The translations under genes and the position numbers were made by a program. The notes below the pieces were generated by a model. The model was not told the DNA's origin. It was given only the letters and a program-made list of their open reading frames with translations, and searched no databases. A stretch of 64,000 nt of DNA from Candidatus Poribacteria bacterium. Its GTDB lineage: Bacteria; Poribacteria; WGA-4E; JAJDTR01. Of this stretch, positions 36,674 through 47,374 are shown one piece after another (within the stretch, counting starts at the first letter, position 1; each line of letters begins with the position of its first letter). The stretch is taken from positions 1-64,000 of the forward strand of contig CBDCTK010000002.1 in assembly GCA_965222225.1 (NCBI GenBank). Direction: 5' to 3'.

Positions 36674-37012
36674 GATCTCTTTTCATGGGGTTCAGGCAGT
36701 ATTGTCCATCTTGCCGATGTGGCAGTAGATTATCGTGTGAGCAAAGCGGCGGGAAGCACCGCTGTCTGACTGCTTCGCATGGTTGCTTTGAATCATTAAC
36801 TCTAAGGTTACCTCATGAATTCGATTGGTTTGACACAACTTGAGATGAGGGCCGAGTATGCGATATCCGTTTTGGTGCTTTTCTCGCTTTGGTTCCACTC
36901 TCATTTGGCTCTTCGGCGTTTCAACAGAGCCTAGCCACAAAAACACAGGTACATAAGTTCCAATCTTCTAAAGTTAACGTCATATAGTCACATACAGCGA
37001 AAGGAATTGAAA

Positions 37013-39593
37013 ATGAAATTGAAGTTATATCCGCAACTTGCAACTCTCGCGCTTAGCATTGTTGCAATGCTTTTTTGTGTTGTCTATCGCCATAGCGCAG
37101 GAAGCCCCGGAAGAAGCGGCTGAAATGGAATCCGAGGAGTCCATGGAAGGCGAAATCGTGGAACTTGAAGGCGTGGTAACCATCGGTACTCGCGCAAAAC
37201 GACGCTCCGCGATTGATTCAGCCGTGCCGATTGACGTGATCAGTGGCGATGAGCTCATCAAGCAGGGCGCCACAGATTTGCAAGACCTGTTGAGAAACAT
37301 TGTGCCATCATACAATGTAAACACACAACCCATCAGCGACGCGGGAACGGTCGTTCGACCCGCGAATCTACGCGGTCTCGCTCCCGACCACACGCTAGTG
37401 CTTGTCAACAACAAACGGCGCCATCGTGCCGCTGTTATCCATTGGCTGGGTAATGGCTTGGCTGACGGGGCGCAGGGGCCGGATCTCTCGGCGATTCCGG
37501 CAATTGCGTTAAAGCAGGTGGAAGTCCTCCGAGACGGCGCATCTGCCCAATACGGTTCGGATGCAATTGCAGGTGTGATGAATTTCCAGTTGAAAGACAA
37601 CTATGAGGGTGGCTCTTTTGAATTCAAGCCCGGTATCTTTCAATACGGGGATGGGCAGACATTTGCCGTGGCGGGTAATATCGGTTTGGGTAACGCGGAG
37701 ACGTGGACCAACCTGAGTCTGGAATATGGCGGCGCAGATCCTACCATTCGCTCGGTACAACGTGAAGATGCCCTTGCCCTAGTTTCCGCTGGAAATCGTA
37801 GTGTAAGAGACCCGGCGCAAATTTGGGGATCACCCATTGTCGAAGGCGATGTCAAGTTATTCGCCAATTACGGGAGTAAACTCACGGATTCCGCCAATTT
37901 CTATGGGCACGCAAACTATGCCAGTAAGCGGGTTGAAGGCGGGTTCTATTACCGGAATCCCAATACTCGCAGCGGTGTGTTTAGTACCGATAGCGGAGAA
38001 ACACTGCTGGTTGGCGATCTGACGGGTGGAGAATACCCGAACATCCCCATCACGAACCATGTTCCGGATCCCGATGAGTTGGCAAAGGTTATCAGGGATC
38101 CCAATCTTTTTACCTTCCAAGAGATGTTTCCGGGCGGTTTCACGCCGAGATTTGGGGCGGAGACGATTGATAGTTCCGTGCTCGTGGGGATTAAGGGCGA
38201 CGCTTTGGGAGACACACTCGGATCGCCACTGGACTGGGATTTGAGCGCCTATTTTGGGCGTCATTACGCCGATTTCTTCATCTTCAACACCGTAAATGCA
38301 TCTCTGGGACCGGATACCCCTACAGACTTCGATCCGGGTGACTACATTCAGACCGATTACAACCTTAACTTTGATGTGACGCACTCGCTCAGCGACATGG
38401 TATTCCTCGCCGCCGGACTGGAACGTCGGAATGAAGAATTTGAGGTTGTAGAGGGCCAGCGAGAATCCTATCAAATCGGACCTTTGGCCGGTCAAGGCTT
38501 CAGCGCGGCCTCTAACGGTTTCTCGGGCTTCAGTCAGATTACCGCGGGCAAGTGGAACCGTGCCAACCTTGCAGCCTATTTGGAAAGCGAGCTCAGACCG
38601 CTTGAACACCTGCTAGTTAGTCTCGCGGTGCGAGGGGAGGACTTCGATGATTTCGGGAGGACTGTCAACTACAAGGTGGCTACTAACATCGGCATTAAAG
38701 ATTTGCTTGCCGACGCAGGTATGATCTCCAACGATGAGATGGACCTGAAATTCCGCGGCAGTTACAGTACCGGATTTAGGGCGCCGACTCCCGGTCAACA
38801 AAATACGTTCAACGTTACCACCGAGTTCAATTTTGAAAAAGATGATTTGGTGAATAACGGCACCATCCCGTCAACCAACCGAGCGGCAACGCTGGTGGGC
38901 GGAAAGGCTCTTGAGCCCGAAGCATCAAAGAACTTCACCGGCGGTCTCGCTTTCACTATGCGGAACATCCTCCTCACGGTAGACCTCTTTGGTATCCGAA
39001 TGAAGGACCGGTTGGCACTTTCTCAAGACTTCGAGCTCTCTGCGGAGCAGAAGGATGAGTTGATTAAAGCGGGGGTAACCAGCGCTGCTAACCTGCAAGA
39101 GTTCCGATTCTTTACCAACGACTTCGATACCACAACCCAAGGTGTGGATGTGGTGCTTACGGTGCCAATACCCAATGGCACTCTCACCGGTATTTATAAC
39201 CAAACAGTGACCACCGTTACCGACTTCAATCCGGTAACGCTGGATCTCTTGAGGATAAAAGAATTGGAGGAAAACCTTCCGAAACAACGAGGAGGTCTCA
39301 CAGCAACGCAGGCTATAACCGACCGGTGGAGTGCGTTAGGACGTGTCAGTTTCTTCGGTGACTGGTTCGATTCCGAAGATGATGAGACATACACTGGAAA
39401 GGCGTTGTTCGACCTTGAAACGTCTTACATATCGTCCGGTGGATTAACCCTAACCATTGGCGGCCAGAACATCCTCAATACCTATCCTGACGAGAATCCG
39501 AAGGCTCTCAATATTGGCAATCAGTACGGTCAGTTCAGCCCGTTTGGATTTAACGGTGGGTACTGGTATGCCAAATTCGGTTACAGTTTCTAA
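37013..39593 (+). CDS. TonB-dependent outer-membrane receptor (apparent +1 frameshift in a T6 run within the signal-peptide region)
   Basis: Plug LRGLAPDHTLVLVNNKRRH, VEVLRDGASAQYGSDAIAGVMNF, STGFRAP, C-terminal YSF. SD plus ATG at 37013 is in frame only if 37071-37076 is T5. Confidence 0.88.
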
Positions 39594-39616
39594 ACTGGCA
39601 ACCGGGTTATGTAACT

Positions 39617-39665
39617 TCTAGAGCAACTCCTGCCGGTTTCGCAAACTAGCAGGAGTTGCTCTAGA
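39617..39665. terminator. Long hairpin between convergent genes
   Basis: TCTAGAGCAACTCCTGC...GCAGGAGTTGCTCTAGA. Confidence 0.75.
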
Positions 39666-39790
39666 GAGTTTGTCAATGCCTTTACTGTGTGCTCGGCATG
39701 GCTTTGATATCCATTCCGAGCACCAATATTCATTGTCGGTTCAATGGCGCCGACGAATCGTTTCAAGACTATTTATTTGCCCACCATCCC

Positions 39791-42700
39791 TCATCTAACG
39801 ACGGCGATTTTTCCAATCTTTCTCAGGTTCCCGAACTCCATCACATAGATGTAAATTCCACTTGTCACGTCTGATGTGCCGTTACTCAGAAGCAGCCATT
39901 CCTTTCGACCTCGGTCAGTGGATGTCACGGTCAACCTCTCTACGAGTGAGCCACTTGGGTCATAAATATTGATGGCGGTATCGGTAGGGAGCCCATCAAA
40001 TGTAACAACGCCCTTATGGAATTCGCTTGGTCGGACAGGATTTGGAAAAACGGTCAGTTGGGTGAAATCCTTTAATTCCACAAGATTAGCTGCGGGTGGA
40101 ATTTTTACCAGCATGGCTGATGCGCGGGGGTCGATTGGATTTCGATCGCTATCCTGAACTTCTGAAACAGCAATCTCATAGATGCTACCGGGAATTAAAT
40201 CGTCCTGTCGAAAGCCGAGAATTGCGCGTTTTCCCATCCGGTCACGAAAGGCTGACTGTGGAATCACACCGGAAATGTGTTCCGGTTTTCGCAGGAGGAA
40301 CCGTTTTTCGTTCCCTATTTCTCGTCCCATCGGTCTATCAAACGTAACAGCGATTCGATTTTCTCCAAGGTGTTCCGCGTCTATCATCCTTGGCGGGGTT
40401 CGCGGAGTAGCCCACACCGGAGCCGTCCAATCCGTCTCAATCCCATTTTCACTCACCGCTGAAACGGCGTACCAATAGGTCGTATTCTTCTTCAGCGCCC
40501 GATCAAAGTATCTTGGTACGTCGAGGTTCTCTTCAATTTTCTCAAATTCCACCATTCGGGGCGAGATTGATACCTCTTTTTCTTGGTTGGAGGTCGTTGC
40601 TCGGTATACGTTAAAAAGACTCACATCGCTCGGGGTTTGCCAGGTTAACTGAACAAGGCTTTCCGTTAATGGAGCTGCGACTAGATCCCACGGTTGGATA
40701 TTTGCGACGACTTTCGTCTTGTCCGCGCGCGTATTCTCAAAAGTGAGAAGATTATCCCGACTGTTGAGAAATATCTCCTGAAAACCATCTTCATCTGAAT
40801 CCGCAAGAAGAAGACTCGGGGTGTTCCACACTTCGTGATGCCAGACTGGCGTAAAAGAAGTTCGACCCTGTTGGAAAACATGAACGCTTGGGTTTGTAAG
40901 AATTATGAGTTCATTCCGTTCATCACCGTCAAGGTCTCCAACAGCGAGGCTATTACCCCTTAGTCGATATGGGGCAATCTCTTGCGACCATACCGAGACA
41001 TAACGATTGTCTCCCGTGGTGGTAAACAGGGTGAATTTCCAGCGAGCCGGCAGTGAAGGGAGGTCTTTCTCAATCGTTCGGCTCCCAACGACAAAATCTG
41101 AAATCCCATCGCCGTTCAGGTCTCCGATAGCGTATTGATGGGCATCCAGCCCGTCAATACGCAACTGCCACGTCTGCGTTAACTGATTGTCTCCAATTGC
41201 TTCGTAGAGATGTAGTTCTCCTTCACTATCTCCCGTCAATAATTCTGTTCTGCCATCTCCGTCAAAGTCGTCGATAGCGAACTGCTCGCCATAAACGTTG
41301 GCTCCATCCGTCTCACTTTTGAGACGGATGATTTCCTCGTAAATATCATTTCCTTGATTTTCGTAAATAAGGATTGCACCGTTATTGTTATCGGCTCCGA
41401 CTATTTCTTTGCGCCCGTCTCCGTCAAGATCGGCAATCTGTCCAGCCGAGAGAAATGGCGATTCCCAAATCTGCCGTTTCGGGTAATCGGTGCGCGTCAG
41501 ACTCTCAATAAGAAAGATTCTATCTTCGGTGCTTCCCAAGATTTCCAAAAGTCCATCTTCGTCGGTGTCATCAACCGCCCATGGCTTAAAGGCGAAGGCG
41601 CTTGTATGCTTGAGTTCATAGCTGCCGGAAGGGGTACGCTCATGGATTTCTATGCCTGAAGAAAGATCGCCAATCAAGGGAAGCCCCACAATTTCGAGTA
41701 AACCATCTCGGTCAAAGTCTGCGGTAACACTTCCGATGTGCATCGGTGGAATTCCAGTGGATTCTCCAATTAACCCGTGCGGAGAAATCCGGCTGCCCAT
41801 GACATCCAGTTGATAATATCTACCTCGATTGTCTCCAATCGTTTCAAGTCCTGCCGCATTTCGCGCACGGACAAAGTAGTCATACCGGCCAGGGCTCAAG
41901 GACAATGAAAATGAGTGTTCTCTGCCGACTGCTGATTCATCAATAGTAGAAAATGGTGCAAGTATTTTTTGGGCGCGATAATTTAGTGAGTCAACTGTCA
42001 AATCATCCGTCGACCACGAAAAGGATACGACAAACTGACCTTTTGACAGTTGTTCTCGCGCCTTGATACCGCGCACTATAGGCGGCGTTCGATCTACAGA
42101 CAGAACGACTTCATCGCGGGCAATCGCGCCTGTCTTCGCCACGGTTTCCAAACGAACCGTGTACGTCCCTTCAGGCACCTCCGCGATCTCCCAGATTAGC
42201 AGTCTTTCCTTTGTCTTTTGCCGGAAAGACGGGAGATTGATTGCGGTCCACATTGTGGGCGTTGTTGACTCACCGTACATCAACTGCCACGTATTAAACT
42301 TGAATCCACCCGCGGTTCCAATCAATTCGATTTTGCTTGAACCGCCGCCACCGGTTTCAGGCGCAAGAATCCGTGCCTGCATTGAACCACTTGTTATCAG
42401 GGCTTTCGCCGCGTTAAGATTACCGGCCCCGACAAGTTCCGGGCTTTCAAGGGTTGAATCTGCAGTATTTATAATTATTTGTCGAGTTTCTTCATGTGTC
42501 AGGTTAGGGCGTTTTGACAAAATTAAGGCTGCGACTCCTGACACGTGCGGCGTTGCCATGGATGTTCCCGTCAACCGACGGTAGCGGTTGCCAATCTGAG
42601 TGCTCAGAATGACGTTTCCAGGTGCACCAATATCAATTGACGCACCAAAGTTGGATTGATAGAATCTCTGTTTATTCTGATCAGTAGCGGCAACGGCGAT

Positions 42701-43867
42701 TACTTTGCGATAACCCGCTGGGTAGATTGTGTTCTGTGCTCGTTCATTTCCGGCAGCAGCAACCAAGAGAGCTCCGCGCGCGTAAGCGTAATCTATCGCG
42801 TCACGAATTACGAACGAATTCCGAGAGCTGCCCCAACTCATGTTGATGATTCTTGCGCCATTATCCACGGCATAGACAATCGCGGCTGAAGAATCGTCGT
42901 CCTGCAGATGGGTGCCAGCCCCGTTTGACGCCCCTGCCCGAAGTGGCATCAAGGTGCAATTCCACGCCACCCCCGCAACTCCAAGTCCGTTATCCACATC
43001 TGCCGCAGCAATGCCCGCCACATGAGTTCCATGTCCCGACCCATCGATTGGATCGTTGTCGCCGACCACCGAGTCGCCTATGACTGCGACATTGGGGGCG
43101 TCTGTAAAGTCCCAGCCTCGAATGTCATCAATATATCCGTTTTGATCGTCATCAATGTCGTTGTCTGGAATTTCATCGGTGTTGCGCCAAATCTTCGCGG
43201 CGAGATCTTGATGAGTATAATCGATGCCGCCATCTACGATTGCGATAGTCACCTCAGAACTACCTTTTTCAATTGCCCAAGCTTGAGGCATTTCAATTAG
43301 GGGGAGATTCCACTGCTCTTCGAATCGGGGATCGTTGGGGACGATTTCGGACGCGAGCGTTTGACGTAGATAGTTAAACTCAACCGCCTCAATCAAGGGG
43401 TGTGACGAATAGGCGGCTTTTAGGGAATCGAGATTGGAAGAAGTCGAAAAGCGCAAGAGATAGATACGTTCAAGGTTCGGATTCGCTGCCGGGTTGGCGA
43501 CATGAGGGAAAACGCGGGAAAGCGACTGAACCCCCATTTGGGAATGGAATACGCGAATCGCGGAACTTTCGTGCACGCGTTTAGCCTCCGCTTCGCCTTC
43601 AGACGTCACTCGGATTAGGAGTTCGCCCAGTGTAACTTCCGACAGTTGCTCCGAGGTCGGAAAATTGCTCCCGCCCGCCAAGGCAGATAGTGGCAATAAT
43701 ACTAGCATCGCCATTGCCACAGAAACTCGCCTAGTTTCGGACGATAGGTTTAAGCAGTATACAGGATGCAGGGCTTGGTTCACGGTGTTTTCCGGTTTGG
43801 TTGGCGAGGTAAGAAAATGGATCCAACTGCGGTTCAACTTCGGATGGGGCTTTCTTAATCGCAGCAC
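39791..43867 (-). CDS. S8 subtilisin-like protease with FG-GAP/VCBS repeats, FN3 and a T9SS-like C-terminal domain (true start probably downstream, ~43720)
   Basis: IAIVDGGID, HGTHVAG, GTSMATPHVSG; D.DGDG..E repeats; VFPNPVRP...SGIYIY. Confidence 0.92.
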   Translation of the reverse strand: MLRLRKPHPKLNRSWIHFLTSPTKPENTVNQALHPVYCLNLSSETRRVSVAMAMLVLLPLSALAGGSNFPTSEQLSEVTLGELLIRVTSEGEAEAKRVHESSAIRVFHSQMGVQSLSRVFPHVANPAANPNLERIYLLRFSTSSNLDSLKAAYSSHPLIEAVEFNYLRQTLASEIVPNDPRFEEQWNLPLIEMPQAWAIEKGSSEVTIAIVDGGIDYTHQDLAAKIWRNTDEIPDNDIDDDQNGYIDDIRGWDFTDAPNVAVIGDSVVGDNDPIDGSGHGTHVAGIAAADVDNGLGVAGVAWNCTLMPLRAGASNGAGTHLQDDDSSAAIVYAVDNGARIINMSWGSSRNSFVIRDAIDYAYARGALLVAAAGNERAQNTIYPAGYRKVIAVAATDQNKQRFYQSNFGASIDIGAPGNVILSTQIGNRYRRLTGTSMATPHVSGVAALILSKRPNLTHEETRQIIINTADSTLESPELVGAGNLNAAKALITSGSMQARILAPETGGGGSSKIELIGTAGGFKFNTWQLMYGESTTPTMWTAINLPSFRQKTKERLLIWEIAEVPEGTYTVRLETVAKTGAIARDEVVLSVDRTPPIVRGIKAREQLSKGQFVVSFSWSTDDLTVDSLNYRAQKILAPFSTIDESAVGREHSFSLSLSPGRYDYFVRARNAAGLETIGDNRGRYYQLDVMGSRISPHGLIGESTGIPPMHIGSVTADFDRDGLLEIVGLPLIGDLSSGIEIHERTPSGSYELKHTSAFAFKPWAVDDTDEDGLLEILGSTEDRIFLIESLTRTDYPKRQIWESPFLSAGQIADLDGDGRKEIVGADNNNGAILIYENQGNDIYEEIIRLKSETDGANVYGEQFAIDDFDGDGRTELLTGDSEGELHLYEAIGDNQLTQTWQLRIDGLDAHQYAIGDLNGDGISDFVVGSRTIEKDLPSLPARWKFTLFTTTGDNRYVSVWSQEIAPYRLRGNSLAVGDLDGDERNELIILTNPSVHVFQQGRTSFTPVWHHEVWNTPSLLLADSDEDGFQEIFLNSRDNLLTFENTRADKTKVVANIQPWDLVAAPLTESLVQLTWQTPSDVSLFNVYRATTSNQEKEVSISPRMVEFEKIEENLDVPRYFDRALKKNTTYWYAVSAVSENGIETDWTAPVWATPRTPPRMIDAEHLGENRIAVTFDRPMGREIGNEKRFLLRKPEHISGVIPQSAFRDRMGKRAILGFRQDDLIPGSIYEIAVSEVQDSDRNPIDPRASAMLVKIPPAANLVELKDFTQLTVFPNPVRPSEFHKGVVTFDGLPTDTAINIYDPSGSLVERLTVTSTDRGRKEWLLLSNGTSDVTSGIYIYVMEFGNLRKIGKIAVVR

Positions 43868-43903
43868 TTTGCAGAATTCGATTATTTCGTATATGACAAA
43901 TTA

Positions 43904-45076
43904 TCATAGCAACTGCACAATGACAACGGTAAAATCGTCCTGAAGCGGATTGCCAGAGCAGAAATCGGTTAACTCCGCATCCAGAGCAGTTATCATTGTG
44001 TGCGGAGAATGGAGCGCATACTCGTTGAGAAAGCGCTCCAGTGCACCAGTGCCATATCCTTCTTCACCAGCGCCTCGCGCCTCTGTCAGACCATCGGAAT
44101 AAAGAAAAAGGCGATCTCCGGACTGCCAGCTAATCTGTTTCGGTTCGGGTTGAAATTTTAGGCGTGTTCCAAGCGGGGGTGAGCCGTTGGTCTTTAGCAC
44201 ACTCCACCTCTGTTCTTTTGCGCGATATAGATAGGGGTGAGGGTGTCCCGCATTGGCGAACGTGAGCGTGCAATCGGAATGGTTGAGTATGAGATATGAA
44301 AAGGTCATCAGCATACGCGTGTGGCGATAGTTGCGCACAATCTTATTGAGAGCAGTAAGCACAGAGGATGGCGATGGATCGATTCCCATTTGGAAATCAA
44401 ACCCGCTGCTCACGAGAGCAACTAACAAACCGGAGTAGAAACCGTGTCCCGCAACGTCACCAATTGCCACACTCACGCGGCCATCGGGCAAATGGAAATA
44501 ATCGTAGTAGTCGCCGCCAACTTGGGCTGCCGGCTGGCTTTTTCCTGTCAGATGCATCCACTCCAACGAAAAATCGCCAGTCGGAAGCATGGTTGTTTGA
44601 ATCTCATGGGCACGTTTAAGATCGTACTCGTGTTGTTCCTGCTGGCGTACAGCGGCAATTCGGTATACCGTATCTTGTTTAATCTTCTGTCCCAATATCC
44701 GCAATAAGCCACTGACGACTTGCGGCGAGGTTGACAACACCTGATGAAAGTCGCCACGGTGAAGTTTTAAGAGCATAACGTCAGTTTTCGCACGTACTGT
44801 GGCGCTGTGGGGTGAATGATCAAGCAAAGCCAATTCGCCTACATATTCGCCCTCAATTCTCTCTTGTATTTCAACTGCGCCGGACCAAATTGCGACTTTC
44901 CCTTTCACAACAAGGTAAAGCCCGTCTGCCAGTTCACCTTCATTGAAGAGAGTGTCTCCTTCCGAGAGCCGGAGCATTTGCATTTTGTTACCGACTGCAT
45001 TCAATACATCTTCCGGTGCACCTGCGAAGAGTGGTGTTCTGCTGAGGATTGTCGATAGTTCCGCCGAGGATAACAT
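43904..45076 (-). CDS. cNMP-binding domain plus PP2C/SpoIIE (RsbU-like) phosphatase
   Basis: GELALL...SATVRA; VGGDYYD, GDVAGHG, NAGHP, YSDGLTE, DDFT. Confidence 0.92.
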   Translation of the reverse strand: MLSSAELSTILSRTPLFAGAPEDVLNAVGNKMQMLRLSEGDTLFNEGELADGLYLVVKGKVAIWSGAVEIQERIEGEYVGELALLDHSPHSATVRAKTDVMLLKLHRGDFHQVLSTSPQVVSGLLRILGQKIKQDTVYRIAAVRQQEQHEYDLKRAHEIQTTMLPTGDFSLEWMHLTGKSQPAAQVGGDYYDYFHLPDGRVSVAIGDVAGHGFYSGLLVALVSSGFDFQMGIDPSPSSVLTALNKIVRNYRHTRMLMTFSYLILNHSDCTLTFANAGHPHPYLYRAKEQRWSVLKTNGSPPLGTRLKFQPEPKQISWQSGDRLFLYSDGLTEARGAGEEGYGTGALERFLNEYALHSPHTMITALDAELTDFCSGNPLQDDFTVVIVQLL

Positions 45077-45200
45077 TCGCCTAATACTCCCTGAATCTCG
45101 GTTTCGTAAAACCCTTACTGTTGTAAGACTGGATTATGCAGTCAACTTCTGGTAGAATATCCGACGCAGTTCAATGTTATAGATTGCTTGAGGTGTAACC

Positions 45201-46094
45201 ATGAACAAGATTATACTTGATACTGATATTGGTGACGATATTGACGACGCCCTTGCCTTGGCGTTTGCCGTCTTGAACCCAGAAATTGAGTTGGTTGGCG
45301 TGACAACCGTGTTTAAGAATACGGAAAAACGTGCCGAGCTAGCGTGCTCTGTGCTGGAAGCGTTGGATGAAACAAGCATTCCAGTTCATGTCGGAATTGG
45401 CAAAACCGTTCCGCAATCCATTCCAGATTGGGAGCGAATTGCGGCAGAGCATCAGCCAAGACAGATGGAGATTCTGACCCGGCGGCAATCATCGATTAAG
45501 CCGCGTCCGACACGAGCAGTTGACTTCATCATTGATACCATCATGTCGGGACATGGCGACATTACCCTTGTTCCGATCGGCCCGCTCACAAATATCGCGG
45601 CAGCGCTCCTCGTAGAACCTCGGCTCATTCAGAAGACGAGGATATGCTTGATGGGTGGCGCAATCGGCCGGATTACGCCAGAGTGGAATGTGCTCTGCGA
45701 TCCGGAAGCAGCGCGGATTGTGTTCGGCTCCGGTGCGAACATCACAATGGTGGGGCTTGATGTGACGACCAAATGCAAGATGACGTACGATCAGGTGAAA
45801 GCTATTGGCGCGGTGCAGCGTCCAATCAACGAAATCTGCTTTGAGCTAATCCATCTCTGGGGTGGTGATAACCCCGAGCCGCGTCCGACGCTTCACGATC
45901 CATTAGCTGTCGCGTTTGTTGTTGATTCGACTTTATGTGAAATGAAGGAGTTACGAATCGCCGTTGAAACCCGTGCTGATTATGTGCAGGGACTAACAGT
46001 CCCAATAGACGGGCAACCGAACACTTCGGTATGCGTAGATGTCGATGCGCAGCGGTTCATGGACTATTTCCTTGGTACTTTAACGCGTTCCTGA
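45201..46094 (+). CDS. Inosine/uridine-preferring nucleoside hydrolase family
   Basis: LDTDIGDDIDDA, GPLTNIA, EWNVLCDPEAA, LHDPLA. Confidence 0.93.
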   Translation: MNKIILDTDIGDDIDDALALAFAVLNPEIELVGVTTVFKNTEKRAELACSVLEALDETSIPVHVGIGKTVPQSIPDWERIAAEHQPRQMEILTRRQSSIKPRPTRAVDFIIDTIMSGHGDITLVPIGPLTNIAAALLVEPRLIQKTRICLMGGAIGRITPEWNVLCDPEAARIVFGSGANITMVGLDVTTKCKMTYDQVKAIGAVQRPINEICFELIHLWGGDNPEPRPTLHDPLAVAFVVDSTLCEMKELRIAVETRADYVQGLTVPIDGQPNTSVCVDVDAQRFMDYFLGTLTRS

Positions 46095-46114
46095 AACAAG
46101 GGATGATAGATTCT

Positions 46115-46465
46115 TCATCTCCGCTGTCGATGCAACAGTTCCAGTATTTTTTGAAGGTCTGGATCATTCGGGTTAAGACGATTCACTTCTTCAGCTTCAT
46201 GGATTGCGGCATCCAACATACCTATATTGTAATATGCCCAACCCAGAGCGGCATGAATGATTGCCGACTCCGGTTCCAAATGCAACGCTTGTTGGTATTG
46301 CTCTATCGCCTGGTCATACTCCTTCTTTTCAATATGGTCGTTGCCACGCTCAAAATACGGATTACGGTGACCGTCTACCGACAGGCGCGCGCTTTTGTTG
46401 GATTGGTGCATCTGTCCACAACCGGCATGAAGTAAAACGCAGCACAGGAATGCGGACACCTTCAT
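46115..46465 (-). CDS. Small TPR lipoprotein
   Basis: SD AGGAGG, MKVSAFLCCVLLHAGC lipobox-like, TPR repeats. Confidence 0.8.
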   Translation of the reverse strand: MKVSAFLCCVLLHAGCGQMHQSNKSARLSVDGHRNPYFERGNDHIEKKEYDQAIEQYQQALHLEPESAIIHAALGWAYYNIGMLDAAIHEAEEVNRLNPNDPDLQKILELLHRQRR

Positions 46466-47025
46466 CAATTCCACTATTACCTCCTCTTGACCACATAAGA
46501 TAGCACCATCCAGAAAAAGTGTCAATTTGAATTTCCAATGGGGTTGGACCTATCTGCAGTGGATACGGCGGAATAGTGTCGAGTTTCTTCGTGTTCAATC
46601 GCGTTTGCTTGTGTCAAGTACACCCAATGGCAGGCACACCATCGGATTAGGTTAGGGTGCGGCGCTGTCTGTTGACCACTTTCTCGACCGCATCCTGTGC
46701 CGCTTCGTCAGTTGACTGCCTCTTAGCTCGACTTTGTACATTTAAGTGGGATAACGGACGGTGTCAATCAAGCGTTGAAGAGGAGCGGGGACATTTTAAT
46801 TATTTGGCTTATTTGATTGACCGTTGAAAAAGTCCGTCCCTAGCGATTTCCTATCCCCATACAACCTGTAAGGATCGCTATCGCACGGGATTTACTATCG
46901 CGCTCTTTAATCAGTCGCTTGATGGCCTCTGGCGCTTTCAAATGCTGGTGCGCAGTGTGCACCCTACAAATGTACAAAGTCGAACTTAGAAAACAAACCC
47001 TTATAGTAATCCGTGGAAATTTCTC

Positions 47026-47054
47026 TTGACAAAATGGAGGTGTTGCTATATACT
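47026..47054 (+). promoter_or_regulatory. Sigma70 promoter of the tRNA pair
   Basis: TTGACA-N17-TATACT. Confidence 0.85.
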
Positions 47055-47080
47055 TTACGAGCTTATTAAGTTGTGGGTCC

Positions 47081-47157
47081 GGGCGGGTAGCTCAGTTGGC
47101 CAGAGCGACGGCCTTACAAGCCGTAGGTCACAGGTTCAAGCCCTGTCCCGCCTACCA
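47081..47157 (+). tRNA. tRNA-Val(TAC)
   Basis: GGGCGGG..GCTCAG..ACGGC CT TAC AA GCCGT..TTCAAGC..CCCGCCTACCA. Confidence 0.95.
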
Positions 47158-47182
47158 ATAAATATTCAAACGTCATCCTATC

Positions 47183-47261
47183 GGATCCGTGGTGTAGCTT
47201 GGTTTAACACATCTGCCTGTCACGCAGAAGATCGCGGGTTCAAATCCCGTCGGGTCCGCCA
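47183..47261 (+). tRNA. tRNA-Asp(GTC)
   Basis: GGATCCG..TCTGC CT GTC AC GCAGA..TTCAAAT..CGGGTCCGCCA. Confidence 0.95.
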
Positions 47262-47276
47262 GTTTATATCTCACCT

Positions 47277-47320
47277 AAACCACAGGTTGTTTGGTCGTCA
47301 AACAGTCTGTGGTTTTTTGT
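47277..47320 (+). terminator. Intrinsic terminator after the tRNAs
   Basis: AAACCACAGGTTGTTTG...CAAACAGTCTGTGGTTTTTT. Confidence 0.85.
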
Positions 47321-47374
47321 TATCTATACCTTTCTTGCTCGCATGACGATAGTCCTAGTACGGAGGTTGCCCTC

